Shown here: piece by piece, positions 50,288 to 60,449 of the stretch
Layout of the letters: the number at the start of each line of letters is the position of its first letter
Position numbering within the stretch: the first letter of the stretch is position 1
Source of the DNA: Rikenellaceae bacterium
Lineage (GTDB): Bacteria > Bacteroidota > Bacteroidia > Bacteroidales > Rikenellaceae
Direction: 5' to 3'
NCBI GenBank assembly: GCA_015059945.1
Contig: SUZJ01000004.1
Location: 8,646 to 72,645, forward strand
DNA length: 64,000 nt
The notes under the pieces: generated by a model
Told to the model about the DNA's origin: nothing
The model's database searches: none
What the model saw: only the letters and a program-made list of their open reading frames with translations
Position numbers and translations under genes: made by a program

Positions 50288-51595
50288 ATGAAACAGGATA
50301 TGATTGTAATTCTCGACCTTGGCAGCCATCACAATACGGTGCTTGCCAGGGCCATCCGCGCACTGGGCGTGTATAGCGAGATTTATCCCCACGACATCAA
50401 GGCTGCCGGGCTGAAAGCACTACCCAATGTCAAGGGTGTGATTATCAACGGTGGCGAGAATAATGTAATCGACGGAGTAGAGATTGACGTTCTGCCCGAG
50501 ATTTACGAGTTGGGGCTGCCCGTTATGGCCGCAGGTCACGACAAGGCTCTGTGCGAGGTTAAGCTCGACGCCTTTGCCGATGACGAGGAGGCTATCAAAC
50601 AGGCCGTAAAGGGCTTTGTGTTCGACACTTGCAAGGCCGAGGCCAACTGGAATATGACCAACTTTGTGAACGACCAAGTGGAGCTTGTACGTCAGCAGGT
50701 TGGCGACAAGAAGGTGCTGCTGGCGCTGTCGGGCGGTGTTGATTCGTCGGTGGTTGCGGCACTGCTGCTCAAAGCCATTGGCAACAACTTGGTTTGCGTA
50801 CACGTCAATCACGGCCTTATGCGTAAGGGCGAGAGCGAGGCAGTTGTGGAGGTCTTTGGCAAACAGCTCAATGCCAACCTTGTGTATGTCGATGCAACCG
50901 AGCGCTTCCTGACCAAATTGGAGGGCGTAGAGGACCCCGAGCAGAAACGCAAAATCATTGGTGGCGAGTTTATTAGGGTATTCGAGGAGGAGGCCCGCAA
51001 GCTCGACGGCATCGACTTCTTGGGCCAGGGTACTATCTATCCCGACATCGTAGAGAGTGGCACCAAAACCGCCAAGATGGTCAAGTCGCACCACAACGTG
51101 GGTGGTCTGCCCGAGGATATGAAGTTTGGCTTGGTTGAGCCTCTGAAACAGCTCTTCAAGGACGAGGTGAGGGCTTGCGGTGTCGAGCTCGGCTTACCCT
51201 ACGAGATGGTCTACCGTCAGCCATTCCCTGGCCCAGGCCTGGGTGTAAGGTGCTTGGGCGCCATCACTCGCGACAGGTTGGAGGCCGTCAGGGAGAGCGA
51301 CGCCATCCTGAGGGAGGAGTTTGCTCTGGCAGGCTTGGACAAGAAAGTTTGGCAGTACTTTACCATTGTGCCCGACTTCAAGTCGGTGGGCGTGAGGAAC
51401 AACGCACGTTCGTACGACTGGCCCGTTATCATCCGCGCGGTGAATACTATCGATGCAATGACCGCTTCAATCGAGCATATCGACTGGGCTATCTTGGACA
51501 AGATTACCAAGAGGATTTTGGACGAGGTGCCTAATGTGAACCGCGTTTGCTACGATATGTCGCCTAAGCCATCGGCCACTATTGAGTGGGAGTAA
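50288..51595 (+). CDS. guaA: GMP synthase with a truncated, apparently inactive N-terminal glutamine amidotransferase domain
   Basis: 435 aa. Intact ATP-pyrophosphatase PP-loop SGGVDSS (residues 148-154) and C-terminal dimerisation domain ending IEWE. The N-terminal region of about 115 aa lacks the G-x-C-x-G nucleophile (it reads PVMAAGHDKA) and the HPE segment. Confidence 0.85.
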   Translation: MKQDMIVILDLGSHHNTVLARAIRALGVYSEIYPHDIKAAGLKALPNVKGVIINGGENNVIDGVEIDVLPEIYELGLPVMAAGHDKALCEVKLDAFADDEEAIKQAVKGFVFDTCKAEANWNMTNFVNDQVELVRQQVGDKKVLLALSGGVDSSVVAALLLKAIGNNLVCVHVNHGLMRKGESEAVVEVFGKQLNANLVYVDATERFLTKLEGVEDPEQKRKIIGGEFIRVFEEEARKLDGIDFLGQGTIYPDIVESGTKTAKMVKSHHNVGGLPEDMKFGLVEPLKQLFKDEVRACGVELGLPYEMVYRQPFPGPGLGVRCLGAITRDRLEAVRESDAILREEFALAGLDKKVWQYFTIVPDFKSVGVRNNARSYDWPVIIRAVNTIDAMTASIEHIDWAILDKITKRILDEVPNVNRVCYDMSPKPSATIEWE

Positions 51596-51616
51596 AAGCG
51601 AATATAGGCTGATAAG

Positions 51617-51650
51617 AAAACGCCCTCTGCTACAATGCGGAGGGCGTTTT
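51617..51650. terminator. bidirectional intrinsic terminator between guaA (+) and truA (-)
   Basis: aaaacgccctctgc-tacaat-gcggagggcgtttt, a 10-bp stem (one G-U pair) flanked by an A-run and a T-run. Confidence 0.85.
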
Positions 51651-51652
51651 CT

Positions 51653-52384
51653 TTAATATTTAACATCTGTTAAAAACAAACCGGCGGCGGGGGCGGAAGA
51701 GGAAGAACGCGAGAGGTCGCGCGAGGCTACAATGTCGGCAAACTCGGCAGGCGTAAGTTTACCCCTGCCAACATCGACCAGCGTGCCCACAACTGCCCTG
51801 ACCATATTGCGCAAAAAGCGGTTGGCACGGAAGATGAAAACAACCATTCCACACTCAATCTGCACCCATTCGGCCCTATAAATGTGGCAAATGTTGGTGG
51901 TATTGTTGCTGCCCAGTTTGGCAAACGAGGTAAAATCTTCGGTCGCCAGCAGCACTCGGGCTGCCTCGTTCATTGCATCGATGTCGAGTGGGGTAGTAAT
52001 CTGCCAAGCACTCTCGCGCGAGAATGGGTCTTTGTGGGTCTGGATATAGTAGCGATACTCGCGCTCAACGGCATCGAAGCGGGCGTGGGCACTGTCGCTC
52101 ACGGGGTAGATACTTCGGCAAGCAATATCACCAGGCAGAATGGCGTTCAGGTGGTAGGCCAGTTTGCTGGTATCGGCAATGGGGGCGGCACAGTCGAAGT
52201 GGGCCACATAGAAGGCTGCGTGGACACCCGTATCGGTACGCCCTGCACCCACAATCTCAATCTGCTCGTGCATAAGGGTCGAGAGGGCCTCCTCGATGGT
52301 CTGCTGCACCGAGCGAGCATTGGGCTGGCGCTGCCAACCACAGTAGGCCGTACCTTTGTAGGAGAGTTGTATGAAGTATCTCAT
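51653..52384 (-). CDS. truA: tRNA pseudouridine(38-40) synthase
   Basis: 243 aa. YKGTAYCGWQRQPN and GAGRTDTGVHA (catalytic Asp). Confidence 0.9.
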   Translation of the reverse strand: MRYFIQLSYKGTAYCGWQRQPNARSVQQTIEEALSTLMHEQIEIVGAGRTDTGVHAAFYVAHFDCAAPIADTSKLAYHLNAILPGDIACRSIYPVSDSAHARFDAVEREYRYYIQTHKDPFSRESAWQITTPLDIDAMNEAARVLLATEDFTSFAKLGSNNTTNICHIYRAEWVQIECGMVVFIFRANRFLRNMVRAVVGTLVDVGRGKLTPAEFADIVASRDLSRSSSSAPAAGLFLTDVKY

Positions 52385-52403
52385 AAATATCGTTTTGTTT
52401 TGA

Positions 52404-52411
52404 CAAATATA
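52404..52411 (-). promoter_or_regulatory. Bacteroidetes -7 box (TATATTTG) for truA
   Basis: The minus strand reads cgTATATTTGtc, 20 nt upstream of the truA ATG. Confidence 0.4.
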
Positions 52412-52424
52412 CGAAAATAATCGC

Positions 52425-52432
52425 TATTTTTG
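52425..52432 (+). promoter_or_regulatory. Bacteroidetes -7 box (TATTTTTG) for dapB
   Basis: gcTATTTTTGtacg lies 28 nt upstream of the dapB ATG. Confidence 0.4.
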
Positions 52433-52459
52433 TACGATAATGTATAAAATGCCCAAAGA

Positions 52460-53161
52460 ATGAAAGTTGCAATTATTGGCTACGGAAAAATGGGCCACGA
52501 GATTGAGCGAGTGCTCATAGAGCGTGGCCACAGTGTAGTGCTCACAATAGACATCAACAATGCCGACCAGATGATGGTGGCCGACACTCTGCGCAAGGCC
52601 GATGTGGCCATAGAGTTTACCTCGCCCGCAACCGCCTACTGCAACATTGTGCGTTGCATCGAGGCAGGTGTGCCCGTATTGAGTGGCTCGACCGGGTGGA
52701 CCGCTCGCAAGGGTGAGGTGGATGAGTTGTGCCGCCAGAAGGGTGGGCGATTCTTCTACTCGTCTAACTACTCGCTGGGCGTAAATGTAATGTTCCGCCT
52801 AAACAGGTGGCTGGCCAAGGTGATGGCTACGCTGCCACAGTATAACGTAAAAATCGAAGAGACTCACCACATCCACAAGCTCGATGCCCCCAGTGGTACT
52901 GCCGCCACGCTGGCCGACGAGATGTGCCAGGCGAGCGGTGGTAAACTGCGTGTGCCCCACAACGAGATTATCTCGTACCGCGAGGGCGAGGTGCCAGGCA
53001 TCCACACTATCACCTACGACTCGGACGAGGACACTCTAACGGTGAGCCACAGCGCCAAGTCGCGCCGAGGGCTGGCTCTGGGTGCAGTGTTGGCAGCCGA
53101 GTGGCTTGTGGCTCAGAGCGAGGCGGGAGTATACTCGATGGACGATTTTTTGGCTATTTAA
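52460..53161 (+). CDS. dapB: 4-hydroxy-tetrahydrodipicolinate reductase
   Basis: 233 aa. KVAIIGYGKMGHEI Rossmann N-terminus and ETHHIHKLDAPSGTA. Confidence 0.85.
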   Translation: MKVAIIGYGKMGHEIERVLIERGHSVVLTIDINNADQMMVADTLRKADVAIEFTSPATAYCNIVRCIEAGVPVLSGSTGWTARKGEVDELCRQKGGRFFYSSNYSLGVNVMFRLNRWLAKVMATLPQYNVKIEETHHIHKLDAPSGTAATLADEMCQASGGKLRVPHNEIISYREGEVPGIHTITYDSDEDTLTVSHSAKSRRGLALGAVLAAEWLVAQSEAGVYSMDDFLAI

Positions 53162-53182
53162 CAATCATACTTTCGGATAGTA

Positions 53183-54538
53183 ATGAAAAAGATTTTCTCA
53201 AACAAGTGGGTTAAGTTTGCCCTTGTTGCCGCTATATATGTATTGTGGTTTGTGGTTTGGACCAAGAGCCTGTGGATGCTCCTTGGTCTGCCCATCATCT
53301 TCGACATCTACATCACCAAGTTCTTGGCCCGACTGGTCAAGTGGGACAAGCACGAGGAGCGCAAGCGCAACAACAAGACCTATCGCGAGGTGTGGAGCTG
53401 GATTGATGCCATTGTATTTGCGCTGGTGTTTGCTACGCTTATCAACACCTACTTCTTCCAGATGTACACCATCCCCACCTCGTCGATGGAAAAGACCCTG
53501 CTGGTGGGCGACTACCTCTATGTGAGCAAGGCTACATACGGCCCACGCTTGCCCCAAACTCCACTGTCGCTGCCTCTGATGCACAACACAACTCCTTGGG
53601 GTACAAAGTCCTACTCCGAGGCCGTAAAGATGCCCTACAAACGCTTGGCTGGTAGGCGAGGAGTCGAGCGCGGCGATATTGTGGTATTCAACTTCCCTGC
53701 CGGCGACACCGTTGCACTCGAAAGGCTCAACGAAACCTACTACGACATTGTGCGCAGCTTCGAGAGCAACTATGGCCCTGTGCGTGGCCGCGAGCTGATG
53801 CAGAAGCAGTACACCATACTCTCGCGCCCCGTGGACAAGAGGGAGCACTATGTAAAACGCTGCGTAGCAGTGGCTGGCGACACGCTCCAAATTGTGGCAT
53901 CGCAACTATTCGTCAATGGCCAGCCCACAAATTACAGCACCGAGCAACAGTATATCTACTTTGTGCAGACCACCTCGCCCATTGGTCAGAGGGTGTTCGA
54001 CCGCTTGGGCATTGCCAAAGATGACATTCACTACTCGGCCAGCAGCGGCCTCTATGCAATGCCACTTACCGAGGCAAATGTAGAGGTGCTAAGGGGAATG
54101 AGCAATGTGGTGTCGGTAACCAAGAACGAGACCACCGAGAGCTATCTGGCCATTTTCCCCAACAACGAGCACTTCGGCTGGACCGAGGACTTCTTTGGCC
54201 CCCTGTGGGTACCCCAGAAAGGGGCGACGGTTGCCCTTACGACAGACAACCTACCTCTGTATGAGCGCATTATCAAGAACTACGAGGGTAACGACCTGAG
54301 GGTAGATGGTGATACCATATATATCAACGGCAAGCCCGCCACAGAGTATACATTCCAGATGGACTACTACTTTATGATGGGCGACAATCGCCACTGCTCG
54401 GCCGACTCGCGCTACTGGGGCTTTGTGCCCGAGGACCACATTGTGGGTACCCCCTCGTTTGTATGGCTCTCGATGGACAAGTACAAACCCTTCCCATCTA
54501 ATATACGTTGGAGCCGTATGTTCAAAAATCACAAGTAA
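53183..54538 (+). CDS. lepB: signal peptidase I (long Bacteroidetes form)
   Basis: 451 aa with N-terminal TM segments. IPTSSMEKTLLVGDYL (catalytic Ser), VKRCVAVAGD, and GDNRHCSADSRYWGFVP. Confidence 0.9.
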   Translation: MKKIFSNKWVKFALVAAIYVLWFVVWTKSLWMLLGLPIIFDIYITKFLARLVKWDKHEERKRNNKTYREVWSWIDAIVFALVFATLINTYFFQMYTIPTSSMEKTLLVGDYLYVSKATYGPRLPQTPLSLPLMHNTTPWGTKSYSEAVKMPYKRLAGRRGVERGDIVVFNFPAGDTVALERLNETYYDIVRSFESNYGPVRGRELMQKQYTILSRPVDKREHYVKRCVAVAGDTLQIVASQLFVNGQPTNYSTEQQYIYFVQTTSPIGQRVFDRLGIAKDDIHYSASSGLYAMPLTEANVEVLRGMSNVVSVTKNETTESYLAIFPNNEHFGWTEDFFGPLWVPQKGATVALTTDNLPLYERIIKNYEGNDLRVDGDTIYINGKPATEYTFQMDYYFMMGDNRHCSADSRYWGFVPEDHIVGTPSFVWLSMDKYKPFPSNIRWSRMFKNHK

Positions 54539-54549
54539 ACCGACACTCA

Positions 54550-55170
54550 GTGGAGCCACAAAAGGATACATACCAGACCATAGTGGGCCAGAGCGAGGCC
54601 ACCATTAGGGAGCGCAGCAGCAAGTTTCTGTCGCTTGCCTATCACGTTACCTCGGCCGACCAAGTAAAGGAGATTATGGACGGGCTGCGCAAGAAGCACT
54701 ACGACGCAACCCACCATTGCTACGCCTATCGCTTGGGTCCTCAGGGTGAGGAGTGGCGTGCCAACGATGACGGCGAACCCTCCGGTACTGCGGGTAAACC
54801 TATCTTGGGCCAACTGCTCTCGCGAGATATAACGGATATATTAGTAGTGGTAATCAGGTGGTTTGGTGGTACCAAACTGGGCGTGGCAGGACTAATCGAA
54901 ACCTATCGCGAATCGACAGCAGCTGTGCTCGACGTGTGCAAAATAGAGGAGCGCACCGTTGACCGCATCTACACCATTCGCTACCCGTTTGAGAGTATGG
55001 ACGGGGTTATGAGGGCCGTTAAAGCCGTAGGGCCAAAGATTGTGGAGCAGACGTTTGACAATATGTGCTCGATGAAGTTGGCCATAAGGCTCTCGCTGGC
55101 CGACCAACTCTATGGCCGACTCGAAAAGGTCGAAGGAATAAGTTTTGAAGATGAAACAGCAGAAGAATAA
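54550..55170 (+). CDS. yigZ: YigZ / IMPACT (UPF0029) family protein
   Basis: [10 protein letters not shown]...HHCYAYRLG...[14 protein letters not shown]. The listed ORF starts at a TTG at 54508, inside lepB. I prefer the GTG at 54550, 12 nt after the lepB stop, but the start is uncertain. Confidence 0.75.
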   Translation: MEPQKDTYQTIVGQSEATIRERSSKFLSLAYHVTSADQVKEIMDGLRKKHYDATHHCYAYRLGPQGEEWRANDDGEPSGTAGKPILGQLLSRDITDILVVVIRWFGGTKLGVAGLIETYRESTAAVLDVCKIEERTVDRIYTIRYPFESMDGVMRAVKAVGPKIVEQTFDNMCSMKLAIRLSLADQLYGRLEKVEGISFEDETAEE

Positions 55171-57949
55171 CACCATATACATCAAAGGCGCCAGGGTACA
55201 CAACCTCAAAAACATTGAGTTGGAGATACCCCACGGCGAGTTGGTGGTGGTGACGGGACTCTCGGGCTCGGGCAAATCAACCCTCGCCTTCGACACTATT
55301 TTTGCCGAGGGACAGAGGCGCTATGTCGAGAGCCTATCGACCTACGCACGCCAATTTCTGGGGCGTGTAGAGAAGCCCGATGTCGATATTATTAAGGGTA
55401 TTGCCCCGGCGATTGCTATTGAGCAGAAGGTGAATACCCGCAATCCGCGCTCGACCGTAGGCACTACGACCGAGATTTACGACTACTTGAAATTGCTCTT
55501 TGCCCGCATAGGCCGCACCTATTCGCCAGTGTCGGGTAGGGAGGTTGTGCGCCACAGTGTAGATGACGTTGTGGAGTACATCTGCTCGCTCGCCGAGGGC
55601 ACGAGGGTAGTGCTCACTGCCCCAATGGCGTTGGCCGAGGGACAGGGACTGCTCGAGAAGGTTACACTGCTGATGGGTGAGGGTGTGCAGCGCTTTATGT
55701 ACCAGGGCGAGGTGATGTTGGCCGAAGAGTTTGTCCCCTTGCTGGGCGACAGCACTACGGCCGAGGATGTGTGCGTAGTGGTAGACCGCTTTAAGGCTTC
55801 GGCCGACGAGGAGGCCCAGAGCCGTATGCGCGACTCGGTGGCAAGGGCCTTTGAGATTGGCGCAGGCGAGTGCAGAGTTGTGGAGCAGAATGGCGAGGAG
55901 ACCAAGTTCTCTACCCGTTTTGAGGCCGATGGAATGACCTTTGAGGAGCCAACCGAACACCTCTTTTCGTTCAACAACCCCATTGGTGCCTGCCCCAAGT
56001 GTGAGGGCTACGGCAAGGTGGTGGGCATAGACGAAAACCTGGTGGTGCCCGACAAAAATAAGACAATCTATGAGAACGCAATAGCCTGCTGGCGAGGTGC
56101 TACGATGAGTTGGTGGCGCGACCAACTGGTGCAAAATGCCCACAAGTTCGACTTCCCCATTCACGAGCCCTACTACAAACTGACGGCAGCACAGAAAAAA
56201 CTCCTCTGGACTGGTAATAGTTACTTTCACGGCCTAAACGAGTTTTTTGCGATGCTCGAAAAGGAGCGTTACAAGATTCAATATAGGGTTATGCTCTCGC
56301 GCTTTACGGGCAAAACACTGTGTCCCGAGTGTGAGGGTGCAAGACTGCGCAAAGAGGCTCTGTGTGTGAAGGTTGGCGGAGTGAACATTGCCGAGCTGGT
56401 GGCTATGCCCATCGACAAGGTGATTGAGTTTTTCGACTCATTGGAGCTGACCGCCACCGAGCAGAAAAAGAGCGAACGACTGCTGACCGAGATACGCACC
56501 CGATTGCGCTATGTGGCCGAGGTGGGCTTGGGCTACCTTACCCTCGACAGGCTTTCGTCTACACTGTCGGGCGGTGAGAGCCAGCGCATAAACCTTTCGA
56601 CATCGTTGGGTAGCAACCTTACGGGCTCGCTCTACATTCTCGACGAGCCGAGTATTGGCTTACACCCACGCGACACAAACCGACTGATTGGCGTTCTGAA
56701 GCAGTTGCGCGATATGGGCAACACAGTCATTGTGGTCGAGCACGAGGAGGAGGTCATCAGGGCAGCCGACCGAGTGATTGACATAGGCCCCGAGGCTGGT
56801 GTGAATGGTGGCGAGGTAGTCTTTAATGGCACACTGGGCGAGATTAAAAAGGCAAAGCGCAGTCTTACGGCCGATTACCTTATGGGGCGCAAGAGGGTAG
56901 AGATGCCCAAGAGCCACCGTGGGTGGAGCAACTATATAGAGATTAAGGGAGCAAGGGAGAATAACCTCAAAGGTGTGGATGTAAAGATTCCTCTGGGGGT
57001 TATGACCTGCGTGACGGGTGTGAGCGGCAGTGGCAAGTCATCGCTTGTGGAGGGTATTTTGTACCCCGCACTGCGCAGACACATATACGAGGCTGGCAAC
57101 AAGCCGGGCGGTTACGAGTCGCTGGGTGGCGATCTGGGGCTTATTCGCTCGGTCGAGATGGTAGACCAGAGCCCCATTGGCAAGTCGATGCGCTCAAACC
57201 CAGTGACCTATACCAAAGCCTATAACGACATACGCCAACTATTTGCTACACAGCCCTATGCGGTACACAACGGCATTGGCCAATCGCACTTTTCGTTCAA
57301 TAGGCCCGGTGGCCGCTGCGAGGAGTGTCAGGGCGAGGGCGTAATAAGGGTAGAGATGCAGTTTATGGCCGATGTGGAGCTCAAATGCGAGCACTGCGGT
57401 GGCAAACGCTTCAACGAAGAGGTGTTGGAGGTGCGCTACAAGGGCAAGTCGATTTACGACGTGTTGGAGATGAACGTAGACGATGCGGTGGAGTTCTTTG
57501 GTCAGGATAACGACCCTGTAAATCAGCGTATAGTATCTGCTTTGGGCACTCTGCAAGAGGTTGGCTTGGGATACATCAAGTTGGGCCAATCGACCTCTAC
57601 GCTGTCGGGTGGCGAAATTCAGCGCGTCAAGTTGGCCTCGTTCCTGATGCAGGAGGGCACCGTAGATGGCACCCTGTTCATTTTCGACGAGCCCACAACG
57701 GGTCTGCACTTCCACGACATCAACAAGCTGCTTAAAGCATTCGATGCACTGCTCAGGCGCGGCCATACGATTGTGGTCATCGAGCACAATATGGACGTGA
57801 TAAAGTGTGCCGATTGGATTATAGATCTTGGCCCCGAGGCCGGTGATGGCGGTGGAGAGGTGGTCTTTGAGGGCACGCCCGAACAAATTATGTCAGCCCC
57901 ACAGAGCTATACAGGTAAGTACTTGGCAATGAGGAATAAAGTGGAATAA
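55151..57949 (+). CDS. uvrA: excinuclease ABC subunit UvrA
   Basis: The listed ORF 55145 (TTG) was trimmed to the ATG at 55151. [12 protein letters not shown]...[25 protein letters not shown], two ABC modules and zinc-finger cysteines. Overlaps yigZ by 20 nt. Confidence 0.95.
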   Translation: MKQQKNNTIYIKGARVHNLKNIELEIPHGELVVVTGLSGSGKSTLAFDTIFAEGQRRYVESLSTYARQFLGRVEKPDVDIIKGIAPAIAIEQKVNTRNPRSTVGTTTEIYDYLKLLFARIGRTYSPVSGREVVRHSVDDVVEYICSLAEGTRVVLTAPMALAEGQGLLEKVTLLMGEGVQRFMYQGEVMLAEEFVPLLGDSTTAEDVCVVVDRFKASADEEAQSRMRDSVARAFEIGAGECRVVEQNGEETKFSTRFEADGMTFEEPTEHLFSFNNPIGACPKCEGYGKVVGIDENLVVPDKNKTIYENAIACWRGATMSWWRDQLVQNAHKFDFPIHEPYYKLTAAQKKLLWTGNSYFHGLNEFFAMLEKERYKIQYRVMLSRFTGKTLCPECEGARLRKEALCVKVGGVNIAELVAMPIDKVIEFFDSLELTATEQKKSERLLTEIRTRLRYVAEVGLGYLTLDRLSSTLSGGESQRINLSTSLGSNLTGSLYILDEPSIGLHPRDTNRLIGVLKQLRDMGNTVIVVEHEEEVIRAADRVIDIGPEAGVNGGEVVFNGTLGEIKKAKRSLTADYLMGRKRVEMPKSHRGWSNYIEIKGARENNLKGVDVKIPLGVMTCVTGVSGSGKSSLVEGILYPALRRHIYEAGNKPGGYESLGGDLGLIRSVEMVDQSPIGKSMRSNPVTYTKAYNDIRQLFATQPYAVHNGIGQSHFSFNRPGGRCEECQGEGVIRVEMQFMADVELKCEHCGGKRFNEEVLEVRYKGKSIYDVLEMNVDDAVEFFGQDNDPVNQRIVSALGTLQEVGLGYIKLGQSTSTLSGGEIQRVKLASFLMQEGTVDGTLFIFDEPTTGLHFHDINKLLKAFDALLRRGHTIVVIEHNMDVIKCADWIIDLGPEAGDGGGEVVFEGTPEQIMSAPQSYTGKYLAMRNKVE

Positions 57950-57955
57950 AACACA

Positions 57956-59185
57956 ATGAGAGTGAAACGCGAAGAGTTCTATACATACACACTGCCCAAC
58001 GGCATCAGGTGCATCCTTAAACAGGTGCGCAGCGCTGTGTGCTACTGCTCGATGACAATCGGGGCAGGTAGTCGCGATGAACAAGTGGGCGAACAAGGCA
58101 TTGCCCACTTGGTCGAGCACACTCTGTTCAAAGGCACCACCAAGCGCAAGGCCTATCAGGTGAATTGCCGATTGGAGAACTTGGGTGGCGAGATTAACGC
58201 CTTCACTACCAAAGAGGAGACCGTTGTTCACGCTACGGTATTGAAGGGCGACTTCGGCAAGGCAGTTGAACTCATTGGCGACATCATTTTCCACTCCACA
58301 TTCCCCGAGGCCGAGTTGGAGAAGGAGAAGGCCGTAATCTACGACGAGATAAATATGTATAAAGATTCGCCCGACGAGCGAATTTATGACGAGTTTGAGG
58401 ACCTGCTCTTTGCGGGTTCCGAGTTGGGCCACAACATCTTAGGGCGCAAGCAGGGGCTCGCCAAGCTGCACTCGGCCGACCTGCACCGCTTTATGGAGCG
58501 CAACTACACCACCGACCGAATGGTCTTTGCAGCCATTGGCAACATCTCACCCCGAGCCTTCGTGGCCGCCGTCGAGCGCTACTTTGGCACGATTGAGCCC
58601 TCGACCAAGAGGGTGGGGCGCACGGTGCCCGCGGTGGTTGAGCCCTTCCACAAGGAGGTAAACCGCTCGATGCATCAGGTGCGCTCGGTTATGGGCACCC
58701 GAGCCTACGCACTCGACGACAAGAGGCGTGTGGCACTCGTACTGCTGACCAACCTGCTCGGTGGCCCCTCGGCTGCATCGAGGCTCAATGTGGCTCTGCG
58801 CGAGCGTAATGCCCTGACTTACTGTGTCGAAACCATATACACTCCGTTGAGCGACTGTGGTATGTGGACACTTTTCTTCTCGTGCGAGAAGGACAAGTTG
58901 GAGCAGTGCAGGGCCATAATTCGTGCCGAGCTGGACAAGATTATGACCACTCCGCTCACCAAGCGACAGCTGTCGGTGGCCAAGAAGCAGTTTGTAGGCC
59001 AGTTTGCCATTTCGGCCGAGAACAACGAGGCCTATATGCTGGGCGTAGGCAAGAGCTATCTGGTCTTTGGCTCGGTAGATAGCGTGGATGAGGTATACCG
59101 CCAGATTGACCAAATTGGGCCACAGGACATTATGGATGTGGCTCGCGACCTGTTCGGCTCGCTATCGTCGCTGACTTACAAATAA
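57956..59185 (+). CDS. M16-family (pitrilysin/insulinase-like) zinc peptidase
   Basis: 409 aa. Inverted zinc motif HLVEH (GIAHLVEHTLFKGT) and downstream EINAFT. Confidence 0.85.
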   Translation: MRVKREEFYTYTLPNGIRCILKQVRSAVCYCSMTIGAGSRDEQVGEQGIAHLVEHTLFKGTTKRKAYQVNCRLENLGGEINAFTTKEETVVHATVLKGDFGKAVELIGDIIFHSTFPEAELEKEKAVIYDEINMYKDSPDERIYDEFEDLLFAGSELGHNILGRKQGLAKLHSADLHRFMERNYTTDRMVFAAIGNISPRAFVAAVERYFGTIEPSTKRVGRTVPAVVEPFHKEVNRSMHQVRSVMGTRAYALDDKRRVALVLLTNLLGGPSAASRLNVALRERNALTYCVETIYTPLSDCGMWTLFFSCEKDKLEQCRAIIRAELDKIMTTPLTKRQLSVAKKQFVGQFAISAENNEAYMLGVGKSYLVFGSVDSVDEVYRQIDQIGPQDIMDVARDLFGSLSSLTYK

Positions 59186-59206
59186 GATTGATATACAAAC
59201 GGTTAT

Positions 59207-59848
59207 ATGAACGAAGAACTCGAAAGATACATACGCAACCTCTCATCGGCCGAGGACCCTCTGCTGGCCGAGCTCGACTCGGAGAGCAATCTGCGCGTGG
59301 TGCAGCACAAGATGGTGTCGGGCCACGTTCAGGGCAAGTTTCTGACTATGCTGACCGAGATGATTAGGCCCAAGCGAGTGCTCGAGATTGGCACTTTCAC
59401 GGGCTATTCCACGCTGTGCTTTGCCGCAGGTATGCCTGCCGACGGCATTATCGACACCATCGAGATTGAGGACGAGTTGGAGAGTATTCAGAACGAGTTT
59501 TTTGGCCGCTCGCCCCACGGAAGCAAAATTCGCCGCCACATTGGGTCGGCACTCGACATTGTGCCCACACTGGGGGAGAGTTACGACTTGGTGTTTATTG
59601 ATGGCGACAAGAGGGAGTACCCCGAATACTATAAGATGCTGATGGATGGTGGGTTGTTGCACTCGGGTAGCTATATATTGGCCGACAATATATTGTGGTA
59701 CGGCAAAGTTACGGCCGAGGCCCTGAAAAGCTCAGACCGCCAAACGCGAGGCATCTTGGAGTTCAACCAGATGGTCCACGACGACCCCCGAGTAGAGAAC
59801 GTAATCGTTCCCCTGCGCGACGGCATAAACCTGATAAAGGTTTTATAA
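59207..59848 (+). CDS. class I SAM-dependent O-methyltransferase (family 3, caffeoyl-CoA OMT-like)
   Basis: 213 aa. VLEIGTFTGYS SAM motif and FIDGDKREY. Confidence 0.8.
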   Translation: MNEELERYIRNLSSAEDPLLAELDSESNLRVVQHKMVSGHVQGKFLTMLTEMIRPKRVLEIGTFTGYSTLCFAAGMPADGIIDTIEIEDELESIQNEFFGRSPHGSKIRRHIGSALDIVPTLGESYDLVFIDGDKREYPEYYKMLMDGGLLHSGSYILADNILWYGKVTAEALKSSDRQTRGILEFNQMVHDDPRVENVIVPLRDGINLIKVL

Positions 59849-59861
59849 GCGATTTTGTGTG

Positions 59862-60329
59862 TTAGTACTCTACCTTGTCGGTCTTTTGTTCCCAGAGGCG
59901 GAAGGCTTCGAGGCCCTCGGCACGCATAAGCGGCAGCGAGGGTACGGTACGCTCGGTGGGGGCAAGCGGTATCTGGTCGTAGATAAACGCATCGTCAAAC
60001 CCAATGGCCGCAGCGTCGGTACGGGTGTTGGCGTAGTAAATTTTGCCTATGCCGGCCCAATAAATGGCGCTCAGGCACATAGGGCAGGGCTCGCACGAGG
60101 AGTAAATCTCGCAGCCACTAAGGTCGAAAGTGCCCTCGGCTGCGCAGGCCGCACGAATGGCACTAACCTCGGCGTGGGCCGTAGGATCGTTGTTGATAGT
60201 CACGCTGTTAGAGCCCGTAGCTATCACCTCGCCATTGCGCACAATGACTGCTCCAAAGGGGCCACCGCCACGCTCGACACTCTGCTTCGACAGCTCGATG
60301 GCCATACGCATAAATTTGTTCTCGTTCAT
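59862..60329 (-). CDS. CDA-fold nucleoside deaminase, GuaD-like (probable guanine deaminase)
   Basis: The listed ORF start 60338 (TTG) was trimmed to the ATG at 60329, giving 155 aa. HAEVSAIRAAC and CEPCPMCLSAIYWAG zinc motifs. FDDAFIY and the overall length resemble B. subtilis GuaD as I remember it. Confidence 0.75.
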   Translation of the reverse strand: MNENKFMRMAIELSKQSVERGGGPFGAVIVRNGEVIATGSNSVTINNDPTAHAEVSAIRAACAAEGTFDLSGCEIYSSCEPCPMCLSAIYWAGIGKIYYANTRTDAAAIGFDDAFIYDQIPLAPTERTVPSLPLMRAEGLEAFRLWEQKTDKVEY

Positions 60330-60449
60330 ATAGCACAAAAGTTGTTTCTCGGTTGTGTTGTTTTACAAAAATGGGGGTATCGGCCGCCCACTCGGTACAA
60401 ATATAACGAAAATTTCTTACCTTTGGTACTACAAAAAGAGTACAAAACT

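Noticed and set aside
24049-51595. Nucleotide-biosynthesis supercluster as a horizontally acquired genomic island
   Set aside because: There are no integrase or transposase genes, no flanking tRNA and no direct repeats. Codon usage and promoter style look the same as in the flanking core genes. Horizontal transfer cannot be excluded without phylogenies, but nothing in the sequence supports it.
59859-60449. 5' two-thirds of the listed 287-aa ORF 59859..60722
   Set aside because: This part is antisense to the well-supported GuaD-like deaminase gene. Only the last 90 codons (from the ATG at 60450) look like a real gene (SemiSWEET) with its own promoter box.
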